Source of the DNA: Elusimicrobiota bacterium
Lineage (GTDB): Bacteria > Elusimicrobiota > Endomicrobiia > Endomicrobiales > JBDRNC01
Length of the DNA: 64,000 bases
Assembly (NCBI GenBank): GCA_043811535.1
Contig: JBDRNC010000018.1
Location: forward strand, 108,455-172,454
Direction: 5' to 3'
Made by a program: the position numbers and the translations under genes. Below are positions 36,827-47,425 of this stretch, piece after piece. The stretch's first letter is position 1. Each line of letters opens with the position of its first letter. The notes under the pieces are model-generated. The model had not been told where the DNA came from, did not search any database, and was given only the letters and a program-made list of their open reading frames with translations.

Positions 36827-39331
36827 TTAGGGTTTCGCGAAAAATATTTTCCAGCCGGATTTCCTGCACTTCGTATTAATAAGAAGGGAGTTCGCGACCA
36901 CCGATACGGAACTGAAGGCCATCGCGAGTCCTGCAATCATGGGATTCAGCAGGAAACCGGTGAAAGGATATAAAACCCCGGCGGCAACCGGTATGCCAAT
37001 GACATTATAGAAGAACGCCCAGAACAAATTTTGCCTTATCGTCTTCATCGCGCAAACACTCAAATCTATCGTAGCCGCGACATCCATCACCTTATCCTTG
37101 ATAAGCACTATGTCCGCGGATTCTATCGCGACATCCGTCCCGGACCCGAGCGCTATGCCGACATCGGCGGATGCGAGCGCAAGCGCGTCATTTACGCCGT
37201 CGCCCACCATTATGACTCCCCTGCTTTCAGATTTAAGACGTTCTATGACTTCGGCTTTCTGCGCAGGCAGGACTTCCGAAATTACATTTTCGATCCCGAG
37301 TTCTCTTGAAACCGCGTCCGCGGTCTTTTTGTTATCGCCCGTGATCATATACACTTTCTTCCCCATCTCTTTGAGCCTGGCGACCGCCCGTGCCGCGTCT
37401 GGTTTCAGCGTATCGGCTACGGCGAAGAACGCGCATATCCGGCCGTTAACCGCCATCCATAAAACTGTTTTGCCTTCGGAATACAACTTGCCGGCCTGCT
37501 CCTCAAGAGCGTTATCGCTCTTGGCCCCGGTCTCGTCCAGAAAATCTTTCTTCCCGACAATTACAGTTGAACCGCCGACTTTCGCGACAACGCCTTTCCC
37601 TTCTTTTGCGTTAAAATCAAAAACCGCTCGCGCAACGACGCCCTTCGCCCGGGCGTATTCTATCACCGCGCGGGAAAGCGGGTGTTCCGATCTCGACTCT
37701 ACCGAAGCCGCGTCGCAGAGCGCTTCGGCTTCGGTAAGCCCTGACGCGGAAAAAGCCACAACCTTCGGCTCCCCTTTCGTAAGCGTCCCGGTTTTGTCAA
37801 AAACGACTATATCCGTTTTCTCCGCCTTCTGCATGGCCTCGGCATTTTTGATAAGCACGCCGTTCTGCGCCGCTAATCCCGTCGAAACCATAACCGCCGT
37901 AGGCGTCGCAAGCCCCATCGCGCACGGGCAGGAAATTATCAGAACCGAAATAAACGCCGTAAGCGCGAAAATGAATGTGTGGCCTGTCAATATCCACACG
38001 AGCAGTGTCAGAGTCGCCGCGGCAAAGACCAGCGGGACAAAAATCGCGGAAAACGTATCAGCCAGCCTTTGGACCGGCGCCTTTGAACCTTGCGCGTGCT
38101 CAACAAGCTGTATAATCTGGGCAAGCATCGTCTCCTTGCCGACTTTTGTCGCCTTGAAATTGAAGGACCCTGACTTATTAATCGTGCCGGCAATCACCTT
38201 GTCCCCCGGTTTCTTTTCCACGGGCATGCTCTCGCCCGTAACCATGGATTCATCAATGGAAGAAAATCCGCTTTCCAAGATGCCGTCAACGGGTATCTTC
38301 TCGCCGGGCTTTACGACCACGATGTTGCCGGCCGCGACTTCGTCCGCGTTGACTTCCTGTTCAATGCCGTTCTGGATTATAACCGCTTTTTGGGGTTTAA
38401 GGTCCAGCAGTCGCCGAATCGCCGATGATGTCCTGCTTTTTGCCTGCGCTTCCATCCATTTGCCGAAAAGTATGAAAGCGATAAGCACGCCTGCGACTTC
38501 ATAATAAAGGTTATTGCTGGTGTATCCGGGGATATTGATGAAAATAGCGATCGTTACGGCTAAACTGTATAGGTAGGCGGCTCCTGTTCCGACAGCCACA
38601 AGCGTGTCCATATTTGACGATTTCGTCCTTACAAGAGCCGCTATTCCCCTCCTGTAGAACTGCGAGCCCGCGATTATTATCGGCGTTGTCAGAAGCAACT
38701 GTACCAGTGACAGGATTTTATGTGATGCGTGCATCCTGGGTAATAATACGGGGAGCCCGAAATGGTGGGCCATTGATATGTATAACAGCGGAGCGGCAAG
38801 AACAGCCGAGAAAAGAAGTCTTGCGCCGAGCTCACGCGTCTCTTTTTCAATGATTTTCTGTGCCGCGTCTTTTTCCCCTTCTTTTATTTCCACGGGCGTG
38901 TACCCGGCGTGAATTATGGCTTCCTCAATCTTTTTAGGAGTGATCACGGTGTGGTCATAGATGATTTTCGCCGTTTCGTCGGCTTTGAGCACTTTCGCGG
39001 TAATGCCGTCCAGCGCTTCAATAGCGCCTTTAACCGTATGGATGCAATGCGCGTTATCCATGCCTATGACTTTCAGGTTCAGGACGGACAACCCGGAAGC
39101 CTTGGCGGCCGGCTCTCTCACGACATCGTATCCCGTATCTTCTATTATTTTTTCTATCTCTTCTTTGGTAATCAGGGAGGGGTCGTATTCCACATACGCC
39201 TTGCCGGAAGCGTAGTTCACGGACGCGTTTACGATGCCGTTATTGATTTTGAGGGCCTTCTCTATGCCAACACTGCAGGAAACACAGTGCATGCCGCTTA
39301 TTGCTATCGTAAGTTTCTCGGTCTTTCCCAC
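36827..39331 (-). CDS. copA: Copper-translocating P1B-type ATPase (two N-terminal HMA domains; GTG start)
   Basis: [15 protein letters not shown] and a second HMA domain. CPC motif [18 protein letters not shown] and GDGVNDA motifs. Confidence 0.9.
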   Translation of the reverse strand: MGKTEKLTIAISGMHCVSCSVGIEKALKINNGIVNASVNYASGKAYVEYDPSLITKEEIEKIIEDTGYDVVREPAAKASGLSVLNLKVIGMDNAHCIHTVKGAIEALDGITAKVLKADETAKIIYDHTVITPKKIEEAIIHAGYTPVEIKEGEKDAAQKIIEKETRELGARLLFSAVLAAPLLYISMAHHFGLPVLLPRMHASHKILSLVQLLLTTPIIIAGSQFYRRGIAALVRTKSSNMDTLVAVGTGAAYLYSLAVTIAIFINIPGYTSNNLYYEVAGVLIAFILFGKWMEAQAKSRTSSAIRRLLDLKPQKAVIIQNGIEQEVNADEVAAGNIVVVKPGEKIPVDGILESGFSSIDESMVTGESMPVEKKPGDKVIAGTINKSGSFNFKATKVGKETMLAQIIQLVEHAQGSKAPVQRLADTFSAIFVPLVFAAATLTLLVWILTGHTFIFALTAFISVLIISCPCAMGLATPTAVMVSTGLAAQNGVLIKNAEAMQKAEKTDIVVFDKTGTLTKGEPKVVAFSASGLTEAEALCDAASVESRSEHPLSRAVIEYARAKGVVARAVFDFNAKEGKGVVAKVGGSTVIVGKKDFLDETGAKSDNALEEQAGKLYSEGKTVLWMAVNGRICAFFAVADTLKPDAARAVARLKEMGKKVYMITGDNKKTADAVSRELGIENVISEVLPAQKAEVIERLKSESRGVIMVGDGVNDALALASADVGIALGSGTDVAIESADIVLIKDKVMDVAATIDLSVCAMKTIRQNLFWAFFYNVIGIPVAAGVLYPFTGFLLNPMIAGLAMAFSSVSVVANSLLINTKCRKSGWKIFFAKP

Positions 39332-39472
39332 GATTACTCCTTACTGTAAAGCAGGGTCCAGTAGCCAAGGTCCAGGGTCCAGGAAAACACTAAAAAATAA
39401 TTACAAATAATAGTGCGGTACGCAGCCAGTTTTGTCTTCCGTCTTCCGTCTTCCGTCTTCCGTCTGCGGTCT

Positions 39473-40279
39473 TCAGTTCCCTGTTTTAGGGGTAATCAAG
39501 ATTGAAGTGTCCTTGCCCATCATGTACTGGGGAAGATGCCCGTCCCATTTGGCTATCCATTGGAGGGCGATACCCTTGTCTGAAACCGTCTCCTTGAGCA
39601 TCTGCTGTTTTCTGGCTTCCCCTTCAGCGTCAAGAATAACGCGTTTCTTGTTTTCCTCCGCCTGCATCCTCTGGTACTGGGCCGTCTTGATCTTCTGCTC
39701 TTCTATCTGTTTCTGTTCGACAACCTTATTGAATTCATCGGCAAAGTCAATGTCAACCAGATTTACGTTTTCCAGTATTATATTATACGTCAACAAACGC
39801 TTTGCCAGAAGGCTCTCTATTATGGCTTTAACGCTCTCTCTTTCAACGATAATCCGCTCGACCTGATACTGGGAAACAGCGGCCTTTACCGCCTCATTTA
39901 CCGCCGGCTCGATCACTTTCTGCATGTAATCTCTTCCCACTTTCACGTATATCTGGTCAACCATCGTGTAGTCCAGGTGGTAATTCAGGACTGTTTCCAT
40001 TTTTACAAGCTGAAGGTCCTTTGAGGCGCCTTCGGCAAGTATGTCAAGGCGCTGCGTCTTGACATCGAACTTGTTTACCGTGTGAACGATAGGTATCCTG
40101 AAATGAGTTCCCTGCGAGTACGACGCGGTCTCTCCGCTGATGTTATTGAAAGTCACGCCCACCTGGCCCGGTCCCACCACGAATATCGGGTTGATGATAA
40201 GCGCCGTAAAAAGGACCACAAGTCCCGCGGCAATAAGAGTAACAGTCTTGAACGGATTTTTTCCTAAATCTTCCAGCAT
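39473..40279 (-). CDS. SPFH/band-7 (prohibitin/HflKC-like) membrane protein
   Basis: N-terminal TM helix followed by an SPFH domain and a coiled-coil tail. Confidence 0.75.
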   Translation of the reverse strand: MLEDLGKNPFKTVTLIAAGLVVLFTALIINPIFVVGPGQVGVTFNNISGETASYSQGTHFRIPIVHTVNKFDVKTQRLDILAEGASKDLQLVKMETVLNYHLDYTMVDQIYVKVGRDYMQKVIEPAVNEAVKAAVSQYQVERIIVERESVKAIIESLLAKRLLTYNIILENVNLVDIDFADEFNKVVEQKQIEEQKIKTAQYQRMQAEENKKRVILDAEGEARKQQMLKETVSDKGIALQWIAKWDGHLPQYMMGKDTSILITPKTGN

Positions 40280-40325
40280 TTTATGCCTCCTTTACTAATT
40301 TGAGATTGTTGAAAAACCCCAACAA

Positions 40326-40423
40326 TCTCTGATTACACTGATTATACAAAGATTACACAGATTAAATATCCGTGTAATCGTTTCTAAGAATCTATGCAAT
40401 AAGTGTACCCAATCTGTGTAATC
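40326..40423. repeat. GATTACAC 13-mer array upstream of the SPFH gene (includes GATTACACAGAT-N6-ATCCGTGTAATC palindrome)
   Basis: Seen directly. Confidence 0.7.
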
Positions 40424-40583
40424 AAGGCCGTTGAGGACTTTTCCAACGGCCTCAATTTAGCTTCCGCATTCACCAATATATTTAAATGCAGATATGCGGC
40501 CATGCAACCAGCGGCCGGTAGCCGTTCAAACACTAAATACTAAAAACTAAATCCCGCTTTCGCGGGAATGACAAAGCCCCTGC

Positions 40584-41525
40584 TTACTTACTTACTCTCT
40601 CACTCTCGGGCGGCGTTTTAAACATAAGCGAAACAACTATCGATACCGTCAGCACGACCGCTATGAAGCCTAAAGACGCGCCTATCGATATCTTATAAAA
40701 ATCCGTAAGCAGCATCTTTACTCCGACAAACGATAACACCACCGAAAGCCCGTAATTCAGGAACCTGAACATCTGCATGCTCCCGGCAAGGGCGAAATAC
40801 ATCGCCCTCAAGCCCAGTATCGCGAGGATATTCGAGGAATAAACGATAAATGAATCGAGGGTAATCGCGAGCGCGGCGGGTATTGAATCTATCGCGAAAA
40901 CTACATCGGTGCTTTCAACAACCAGTAAAACAAGAAAAAGCGGGGTGACCAGCAGCTTTCCTGCGTCTTTTATGAAGAATTTATCATTATTCTGCCAAGG
41001 CGACACGGGGAATAACTTGCGGGACAGGATAAGAACCGGATTTTTTTCGGGATGAACTTCCTCATCCTTCTGGAACGCCAGTTTAATACCGACATATACA
41101 AGCAACGCACCAAAAATATATATCGTCCAATGGAATTTGGCAATGAGCGCGGTTCCCGCCAGAATAAAGAAAGCCCTCATTACCATCGCGCCGACTATTC
41201 CCCAGAAAAGGACTTTGTATTGATATTCGGAATGCACCTTGAAGTAGTTGAACAGGAGGACAAATACGAAGATGTTGTCAATACTGAGAGAACGTTCTAT
41301 CAGGTAGCAGGTGAAGAACTCCAGCCCCTTTTGAGGCCCGGACCAGAACCAGACGCCCGCGTTGAATAAAAGCGCGACGATTATCCAGACCGCGCTCCAT
41401 ATAAGCGACTCTTTTACTCCGATGGTCCTGCTGCCTTTATGGAACACTCCTAGATCCAGCAGAAGGAGTATCACTACGAAAACATTGAATAATATCCACG
41501 CGTATAGATGCATTGAGCTCCTCAA
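40584..41525 (-). CDS. TerC family integral membrane protein
   Basis: 313 aa with about 9 TM helices and TerC motifs (SIDNIFVFVLLF). It has the conserved leader. Confidence 0.8.
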   Translation of the reverse strand: MRSSMHLYAWILFNVFVVILLLLDLGVFHKGSRTIGVKESLIWSAVWIIVALLFNAGVWFWSGPQKGLEFFTCYLIERSLSIDNIFVFVLLFNYFKVHSEYQYKVLFWGIVGAMVMRAFFILAGTALIAKFHWTIYIFGALLVYVGIKLAFQKDEEVHPEKNPVLILSRKLFPVSPWQNNDKFFIKDAGKLLVTPLFLVLLVVESTDVVFAIDSIPAALAITLDSFIVYSSNILAILGLRAMYFALAGSMQMFRFLNYGLSVVLSFVGVKMLLTDFYKISIGASLGFIAVVLTVSIVVSLMFKTPPESERVSK

Positions 41526-41575
41526 GTGTTTCTACTAAATTGTCTTATGCGAAATACCCGAAGGGTATTATAACT
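41526..41575 (-). promoter_or_regulatory. Conserved 5' leader motif copy upstream of terC
   Basis: TACCCTTCGGGTATTTCGCATAAGACAATTTAGTAGAAACACTTGAGGAGCTCA-ATG. Confidence 0.5.
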
Positions 41576-41658
41576 CCAAAAACGTATCTCGGGACTCGTA
41601 TCTCGTCGTTCGTAGTATGCCTTACGAGATGCGAGATACTAGATACGAGATACCGTAG

Positions 41659-42375
41659 TTATTTGTAGAACAACGAAGTCAGTTTTCCCGCAACAGCATT
41701 AAAACTGTCCGTAAGTATCAATATCCCCACAAGTATCAATATAAGCCCGGCTGTGATCTCTATTGCCTTAAAATACTTCTGCATTTTCGAGAACAGCGCG
41801 ATGGCGCGGTTGATAAAAAGCGCCGTCAGGAGAAAAGGCACTCCCAGACCGAGCGAGTACGATACTAAAAGCAGAAATCCCCTGGCCACTGTGTCCTGCG
41901 CCGACGCGAGCAGTAAAATGGACGATAGTATCGGCCCGACGCACGGCGTCCAGCCGACCGCGAAAGCCATTCCTACGAAAAAGGATCCCGCGAAACCCAG
42001 GGAGGATTTTTTCAGCTCCATTCTCTTTTCGTAATAGAGGAACGGGATCCTGATAATGCCGGTCGTGTGAAAACCGAAAATAATCACTATCACGCCGCCG
42101 GCCCAGCGCAGTATATCCTTTTTATCAAACAAAGTATTACCGAGCCAGGTCGCGGACGCCCCTAGCAGAGTAAAGACCGCGCCGAACCCCAGGACAAAAA
42201 ATAAGGCGTTCAGAAAAGTATATTTAAGCGATTTTCCGCCGTTCTTGAGTTCTTCGAGGCTCGCGCCCGTTATGAATGATATGTAAGCCGGAATGAGCGG
42301 AAGCACGCAGGGGCTGACAAAGGTCGCCATACCCGCAAAAAAACTGACAATCATGGGGAAATTATCTAATTTCAC
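41659..42375 (-). CDS. ccdA: Cytochrome c-type biogenesis / thiol-disulfide transporter CcdA (DsbD family)
   Basis: Conserved Cys in TM1 (SPCVLPLIPAY) and TM4 (WTPCVGPIL). Confidence 0.8.
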   Translation of the reverse strand: MKLDNFPMIVSFFAGMATFVSPCVLPLIPAYISFITGASLEELKNGGKSLKYTFLNALFFVLGFGAVFTLLGASATWLGNTLFDKKDILRWAGGVIVIIFGFHTTGIIRIPFLYYEKRMELKKSSLGFAGSFFVGMAFAVGWTPCVGPILSSILLLASAQDTVARGFLLLVSYSLGLGVPFLLTALFINRAIALFSKMQKYFKAIEITAGLILILVGILILTDSFNAVAGKLTSLFYK

Positions 42376-42842
42376 TTTTTTATCGACCTCATTACGCTCG
42401 CGAAATCCCGCGGCCCGAGATATCCCCCTATTCTATGAATGACTTTTCCTTTGGCGTCCGTAAAGAGTATGGTCGGCAGTCCTCTTATATCGTATTTCTT
42501 TGAGGATGCCCCGTCAACGTCGGCGTCAACCTTCACGCACACGAATCCCTTTGAAAGCTTTATCACTTCCGAGTCTGAATATGTATCCTCGTCCAGTTTT
42601 TTGCACCAGCCGCACCAGTCGGCATAAAAATCCGCCATCACGGGTTTCCCGGACTGGGCCGATACCTGAAGGGCTTCCTGGAAGTTTGTATACCACGCAA
42701 CTTCGTCGGGATTATCGACAATCAGTTTTACGCTTGACGGAGCGCCGGACGACTGCTGCGTTATCCGGTAATTATTGTAAAAAAGCAAACCCACCAGCGC
42801 CAGCACGACAATGATGATAATCGCCTTGAGACCGGAATTCAT
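42372..42842 (-). CDS. Membrane-anchored thioredoxin-like thiol:disulfide oxidoreductase (TlpA/ResA-like)
   Basis: Start at MNSGLK (GGAGGAACA upstream). TM anchor then thioredoxin fold with WCGWCKKL. Overlaps ccdA by 4 nt. Confidence 0.7.
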   Translation of the reverse strand: MNSGLKAIIIIVVLALVGLLFYNNYRITQQSSGAPSSVKLIVDNPDEVAWYTNFQEALQVSAQSGKPVMADFYADWCGWCKKLDEDTYSDSEVIKLSKGFVCVKVDADVDGASSKKYDIRGLPTILFTDAKGKVIHRIGGYLGPRDFASVMRSIKK

Positions 42843-42935
42843 TGTTCCTCCAAAAACCCGTATCTCGTATCTAGTATCTCGCATCTCGCAAGACCTGTTT
42901 CGAACGACGAGATACGAGTCCCGAGATACCGTCGT

Positions 42936-43871
42936 TTAGTCTTGCCTTGAATATTCAAGCATTTTGTCTATCGCCAGTTTCGCCTTGCTTCTCACCGGCT
43001 CTTCAACTTTAATCACATTTTTCATGTTTTCAAGCGACCACAGCACTTTTTCAAGAGTGTTCTTTTTCATGTTCCGGCAAACCGCCGCGTCGCTCGCGGG
43101 ATAGAATTCCTTGTCCGGGCTGTCTTTCTTCAGGCGGTATATGATACCGGGTTCCGTGCCGATGATTATCTCTTTATTTTTTGATGTTTTCGCGTAGTTT
43201 ACCATGCCGCTCGTGGAAAGAACTTTATCCGCGAGTTTTATAACTTCGGGCCGGCATTCGGGATGCACGACCACTTCCGCGCCCGGATGCTGCTGCCTGG
43301 CTTTCAGGACGTGCTCGGGCAGTATGTTGTTATGAGTGGGGCAGTACCCGTCGTACAATATCATGTCCTTGCCGGTCTGTGTCATCACGTAATGCCCGAG
43401 ATTCCTGTCCGGCACGAATATTATGTCCCTGCCCGCCGTGGCGGGATTGCCGCCGAGCGATTTGATTATCTGCACGGCGTTGGCTGAAGTGACGCAGATA
43501 TCGCTTTCCGCCTTAACTTCGGCCGAAGTGTTCACGTAGGCGGCAACAACAGCGTTGGGGTGATTTTTCTTAAGAGCGGCAAGTTTTGCGGCGTCTATCA
43601 TGTCCGCCATCGGGCATCCAGAGTCAATCGCGGGAAGCAGGACGGTTTTTTCCGGGGAAAGTATCGCGGCGGTCTCAGCCATGAAATGCACTCCGCAGAA
43701 GACGATGACATCGGCCTCAGTTGAGGCGGCCTTCCGGCTCAGGTCCAGGGAATCTCCCAGAAAATCGGCGATATCCTGCACCTCGGGCAACTGGTAGTTG
43801 TGCGCGAGAATGACAGCGTTGAGTTTCTTCTTAAGTGTTTTTATCCGGGCAACAATTATATCCGGTCCCAT
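42936..43871 (-). CDS. nadA: Quinolinate synthase A
   Basis: NadA signature regions (ILAHNYQ, HPEC) and Cys ligands. Confidence 0.9.
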   Translation of the reverse strand: MGPDIIVARIKTLKKKLNAVILAHNYQLPEVQDIADFLGDSLDLSRKAASTEADVIVFCGVHFMAETAAILSPEKTVLLPAIDSGCPMADMIDAAKLAALKKNHPNAVVAAYVNTSAEVKAESDICVTSANAVQIIKSLGGNPATAGRDIIFVPDRNLGHYVMTQTGKDMILYDGYCPTHNNILPEHVLKARQQHPGAEVVVHPECRPEVIKLADKVLSTSGMVNYAKTSKNKEIIIGTEPGIIYRLKKDSPDKEFYPASDAAVCRNMKKNTLEKVLWSLENMKNVIKVEEPVRSKAKLAIDKMLEYSRQD

Positions 43872-43975
43872 GCTCCGCTTCCATGCTTCTGACTTCAGTT
43901 ATGGTATTATACCAAATTATACGCTCTCTCCCTTGATTTTATACCACATTAGTGGTACAATTTTCAAATAAAAAT

Positions 43976-45559
43976 ATGCTGAATATTCTAACCGGCTATA
44001 TCAAAAAGAAACCGCTGGCTTCGATCATTATATTTTCCGTACTGGCTTACCTGCCGTTTCTCAACAAGCCTTTCCATATCGACGATCCTTTTTTCCTGTA
44101 CGCCGCGCGCGCGATAGGCCTCTCGCCTTTGCATCCGTTCGACATAGCCGGCGCTATTGACCTGTGGAAGCATAATTATAACCCCATTTTCTTCTACTAT
44201 TTCACCGCCCTGCTCCGCGCGGTATTCGGCGAGAACGAAATATTCATGCATGCCGGATACTTTATTTTCTACGTTACGGCCGGCATTTATTTTTACCTCA
44301 TATGCAAAGCAATCAATATCAAGGGCATCGCCCCCGCGCTTTTATTCTTGTCGTCGCCTATCGCGCTTCTTGCGGGGACCAGCATCATGTCGGATTTTCC
44401 GCTCATCGCGCTCTTCCTGATATCATTTTATTATTTCATAGCATATTTAAAGAATGACTCCCCGCTCAGCATGGCGATATCATCGCTGGCGCTGCTGGCG
44501 GCGGTTTTTACCAAATATTACGCCGGAGTATTCATTTTCCTGTACATAATCATGCTGATAATCTGCGGAAAATGGAAAGTATTGAAATATTTATCGGTTA
44601 TTCTATCGCTTTTACTGGCCGCGCTGTTTATCTATTCCCATTCCCATCAGATACATCCCCTCTATATTTTTGAAAGACTTGGCTGGGCGCATTCCCCTGT
44701 AAGAAAAGAGACGCTGAGCTTTCTTACAACGCTCGGCGGGATCTCGATATTTCCGCTGTGCTATCTCCTTCTTATGGGTAAAAATGCCGCGAAATGGGTT
44801 GCCTACTCGACCGCGCTTGTAATTTCCGCCGTGTTCTGCAGCATGGCCGGATTCGGAGTATTTGCCGTAATATCCGCGTCCGTTTATCTTGCCAACGCTG
44901 TTTTAGTCTTTTTTATGGCCGGAGAGCGCCTGTATATTTCATTTAAGTCAAAAGAATATCCGGTCATATCCGCAATGCTCTGGTTCTTCGGCTACGCACT
45001 GTTCCTCATGATATTCCCCAATATAATGGCAGGCAGATATGTACTGCCGCTGCTGCCCCCGTTAATACTGTGCCTGTACATTCACGTAGAAGAGACCGGG
45101 AGAGCCGGCAGGAGTTTTTCCGTTATTGCCGTTTTTTCAACTCTTCTGCTGGGATTAGCGCTAAATTCGGCGGATTACAAGCTGGCGGGGATATACAGGG
45201 ACTTCGCCATCGAAGCGTCCGGAAATATATCGGCGCCGCAGACGGGATACATGGGCAATTACGCCTTTGAATACTACATGCAGAAGAAAGGATTTGAAAG
45301 ATTTGACATCAAGAAGCACAAATATCTTATTATGACGAAATATGGTTCAGTGCACGTGATTTACGGCGGGGATCCGATTTTGAAAGATATCAGGAAGAAA
45401 TTCATTTTGGCCAGGGAGATTCCGAAAGAAGAGAATTATCTTTTAAGAATATGGGACCCCACTGCCTTCGCCGGATTCCATCTGAACATGTTCGGCTATA
45501 TCCCGTGGGGAATAAGCGCGAAACCCATGGAAACGTTTTACGTGTTCGAGAAAAAGTAG
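43976..45559 (+). CDS. Polytopic membrane glycosyltransferase, GT-C fold (ArnT/PMT, GT39/83-like)
   Basis: About 12 TM helices. First-loop acidic motif HIDDPFF typical of GT-C lipid-linked sugar transferases. The ATG at 43976 is preferred over the GTG at 43952. Confidence 0.45.
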   Translation: MLNILTGYIKKKPLASIIIFSVLAYLPFLNKPFHIDDPFFLYAARAIGLSPLHPFDIAGAIDLWKHNYNPIFFYYFTALLRAVFGENEIFMHAGYFIFYVTAGIYFYLICKAINIKGIAPALLFLSSPIALLAGTSIMSDFPLIALFLISFYYFIAYLKNDSPLSMAISSLALLAAVFTKYYAGVFIFLYIIMLIICGKWKVLKYLSVILSLLLAALFIYSHSHQIHPLYIFERLGWAHSPVRKETLSFLTTLGGISIFPLCYLLLMGKNAAKWVAYSTALVISAVFCSMAGFGVFAVISASVYLANAVLVFFMAGERLYISFKSKEYPVISAMLWFFGYALFLMIFPNIMAGRYVLPLLPPLILCLYIHVEETGRAGRSFSVIAVFSTLLLGLALNSADYKLAGIYRDFAIEASGNISAPQTGYMGNYAFEYYMQKKGFERFDIKKHKYLIMTKYGSVHVIYGGDPILKDIRKKFILAREIPKEENYLLRIWDPTAFAGFHLNMFGYIPWGISAKPMETFYVFEKK

Positions 45560-45561
45560 CG

Positions 45562-46170
45562 TTATCTGAACAGTTTCAGGAACTTTTCTATCTCCGCCTT
45601 GACATCGCCGCCAGCGACCACTGCCGAGATGGCGCAAAGCGAGTCGGCTCCCGCCGCGATTACTTCAGAAGCGTTATCAAGGTTTATTCCGCCTATCGCG
45701 ACAACCGGTATTTTCACGTCTTTTTTCACGGCTTTTATGAGTTCCAGTCCCGCCGGAGCGCCGGCATCCGGCTTTGTGCCGGTCGCGAATATCGGCGAAA
45801 CGCCGAGATAGTCCGCCCCCATTCTTTCCGCTTCGAGGGCCTCTTTTACGTCGTGGACCGTTATTCCTACGGCCTTCATCCTGCCCAGCAGGCCGCGCGC
45901 CTTTCCGTATGAGGTATCATCCTGCCCTAAATGCACGCCGTCAGCGTTCACCGCGAGCGCGACGTCAACCCTGTCATTGACAATGAACGGCACGGCGCCG
46001 CACAGACTCTTCAGCGCCGCGGCTTCCCTGATGAGTTCCTCCGTATTCCCTTCCTTATTCCTGTACTGAACCGCGCAAGCGCCGGCCTTGACAGCCTCGC
46101 GGACATCGTTTATGTTCCCTTTCCTGCTTAAACCCGCGTCGGTAATGAAGTAATAACCTTTGAGATTCAT
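45562..46170 (-). CDS. thiE: Thiamine-phosphate synthase
   Basis: MNLKGYYFITD... ThiE fold motifs. The start is set at the internal Met so that a REP hairpin stays intergenic. Confidence 0.85.
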   Translation of the reverse strand: MNLKGYYFITDAGLSRKGNINDVREAVKAGACAVQYRNKEGNTEELIREAAALKSLCGAVPFIVNDRVDVALAVNADGVHLGQDDTSYGKARGLLGRMKAVGITVHDVKEALEAERMGADYLGVSPIFATGTKPDAGAPAGLELIKAVKKDVKIPVVAIGGINLDNASEVIAAGADSLCAISAVVAGGDVKAEIEKFLKLFR

Positions 46171-46299
46171 ATATTTTCCCCTCTTTATTAAAGAGGGTTT
46201 AGGGGAGATTTTTCCCGCCACTGAAACGTTGGCGGGTCCGCCGAAGAAGTAGTGGTGGAAAATCCCCCTCTTATCCCCCTTTATAAAGGGGGAAGCACT

Positions 46300-47091
46300 T
46301 CAGCATTCTTCAATTTTCGCCATTTTGTCGGCTGTCGCGCCGTCTAGATTGAAAGCCGCGTCAAACAGCTTTTCCTTAAACGTCCCGGGCCCCTGCGCCG
46401 ATTTCGCGGCTATCTCCGCGGCTATTTCAAAACACGCAAGCCCCGCGGCCGCCGCAAGCGCCAGATCTTTCTCAACCGCCGCGAAAGCGCCGATTACGGA
46501 CGTCGCCATGCAGCCCGTGCCCACGACATGAGTCATCATCTTGTCGCCGTTTTTCACAATATACGAGTTTTTTCCGTCAGTTATTACGTCTTCCTTCCCG
46601 GTTATCACAACTGCGCATCCCTTGGCTTCCGCGAGTTTCCTGGCGATCAGCATGAGGTCTTTCCCTATATCGGTTGAATCAACTCCTTTTGTCCTGACAT
46701 TTTCTCCCGCTATCCTGGCCACTTCAGAGGCATTGCCTTTTATTATGTCCACTCTTACTTCTTTCAGTATCTCAAAACATTTATCGTCGCGCAGCTTGGT
46801 GGCCCCCGCCCCGCACATATCCAGCACGACCGGTATGCCCTTCTTGTTAGCTCTTTTTGCCGCGATTTTCATGGCGTTGACAAAATCTACCGTCAGCGTG
46901 CCGATATTTAGCACGAGCGCCGACGCGATACCCGTCATGTCGGCGACTTCCTCATGCGCGTGGGCCATGACCGGCGACGCCCCGAAGACCTTCACTATGT
47001 TCGCGCAGTCGTAGATCGTCACCCAGTTCGTAAGATGATGGACGACCGGTTTTTCCTTCCTGATTTTTTCAAGCAAATGAGATACTTTCAT
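46300..47091 (-). CDS. thiM: Hydroxyethylthiazole kinase
   Basis: ThiM motifs (VVHHLTNWVTIYDCANI... GASPVMAHA). GGAG 8 nt upstream of the ATG. Sits downstream of the TPP riboswitch. Confidence 0.85.
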   Translation of the reverse strand: MKVSHLLEKIRKEKPVVHHLTNWVTIYDCANIVKVFGASPVMAHAHEEVADMTGIASALVLNIGTLTVDFVNAMKIAAKRANKKGIPVVLDMCGAGATKLRDDKCFEILKEVRVDIIKGNASEVARIAGENVRTKGVDSTDIGKDLMLIARKLAEAKGCAVVITGKEDVITDGKNSYIVKNGDKMMTHVVGTGCMATSVIGAFAAVEKDLALAAAAGLACFEIAAEIAAKSAQGPGTFKEKLFDAAFNLDGATADKMAKIEEC

Positions 47092-47334
47092 TTGATAAAC
47101 TCCTTTTTTATTAAACTCGAAGCTCGAAACTCTCCCGCTACAGCGGGACTTCATAAAGTTATTATCGGAAATCCGAAGTAAACAACAAACGAAAAACTAC
47201 AACAAACAGCTCTGTTTGCTTTCTGACTTTTGTAGTTTTTTCGAGTTTCGAATTTAGTATTTCGGATTTTGTTCCGGCTCTATGAATTAGCTTTAACGGA
47301 AGCACTATTCTGGACTTTGCGGTATTTAGTGAAG

Positions 47335-47425
47335 TGTGTGTGCCATGTTTCCTCCCTCCGCTGGCATTACCCAGATCAGGTTTTTGCGGTAATCCCGTTA
47401 CTACGGGAACTCTCAGGCCGTTATA
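47335..47425 (-). ncRNA. TPP (THI-box) riboswitch controlling thiM-thiE
   Basis: The minus-strand sequence GGCCUGAGAGUUCCCGUAGUAACGGGAUUACCGCAAAAACCUGAUCUGGGUAAUGCCAGCGGAGGGA matches the TPP aptamer core (CUGAGA ... ACCUGAUCUGGGUAAUGCCAGCG ... GGGA). Confidence 0.8.

Noticed and set aside
37098-38504. 468-aa plus-strand ORF inside copA, and similar long antisense ORFs (949..1494, 2698..3390, 3436..3984, 49640..50299, 56043..56918, 58931..59632)
   Set aside because: 1. They are Ser/Ala/Pro-rich, low-complexity translations typical of antisense frames of GC-balanced genes.
2. Each is fully nested in a confidently identified minus-strand gene.
46171-46221. N-terminal 17-aa extension of thiE (MAGKISPKPSLIKRGKY)
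   Set aside because: 1. The extension would be encoded by the REP hairpin CCCTCTTTATTAAAGAGGG.
2. ThiE homology begins at the internal Met, so the downstream start was chosen.
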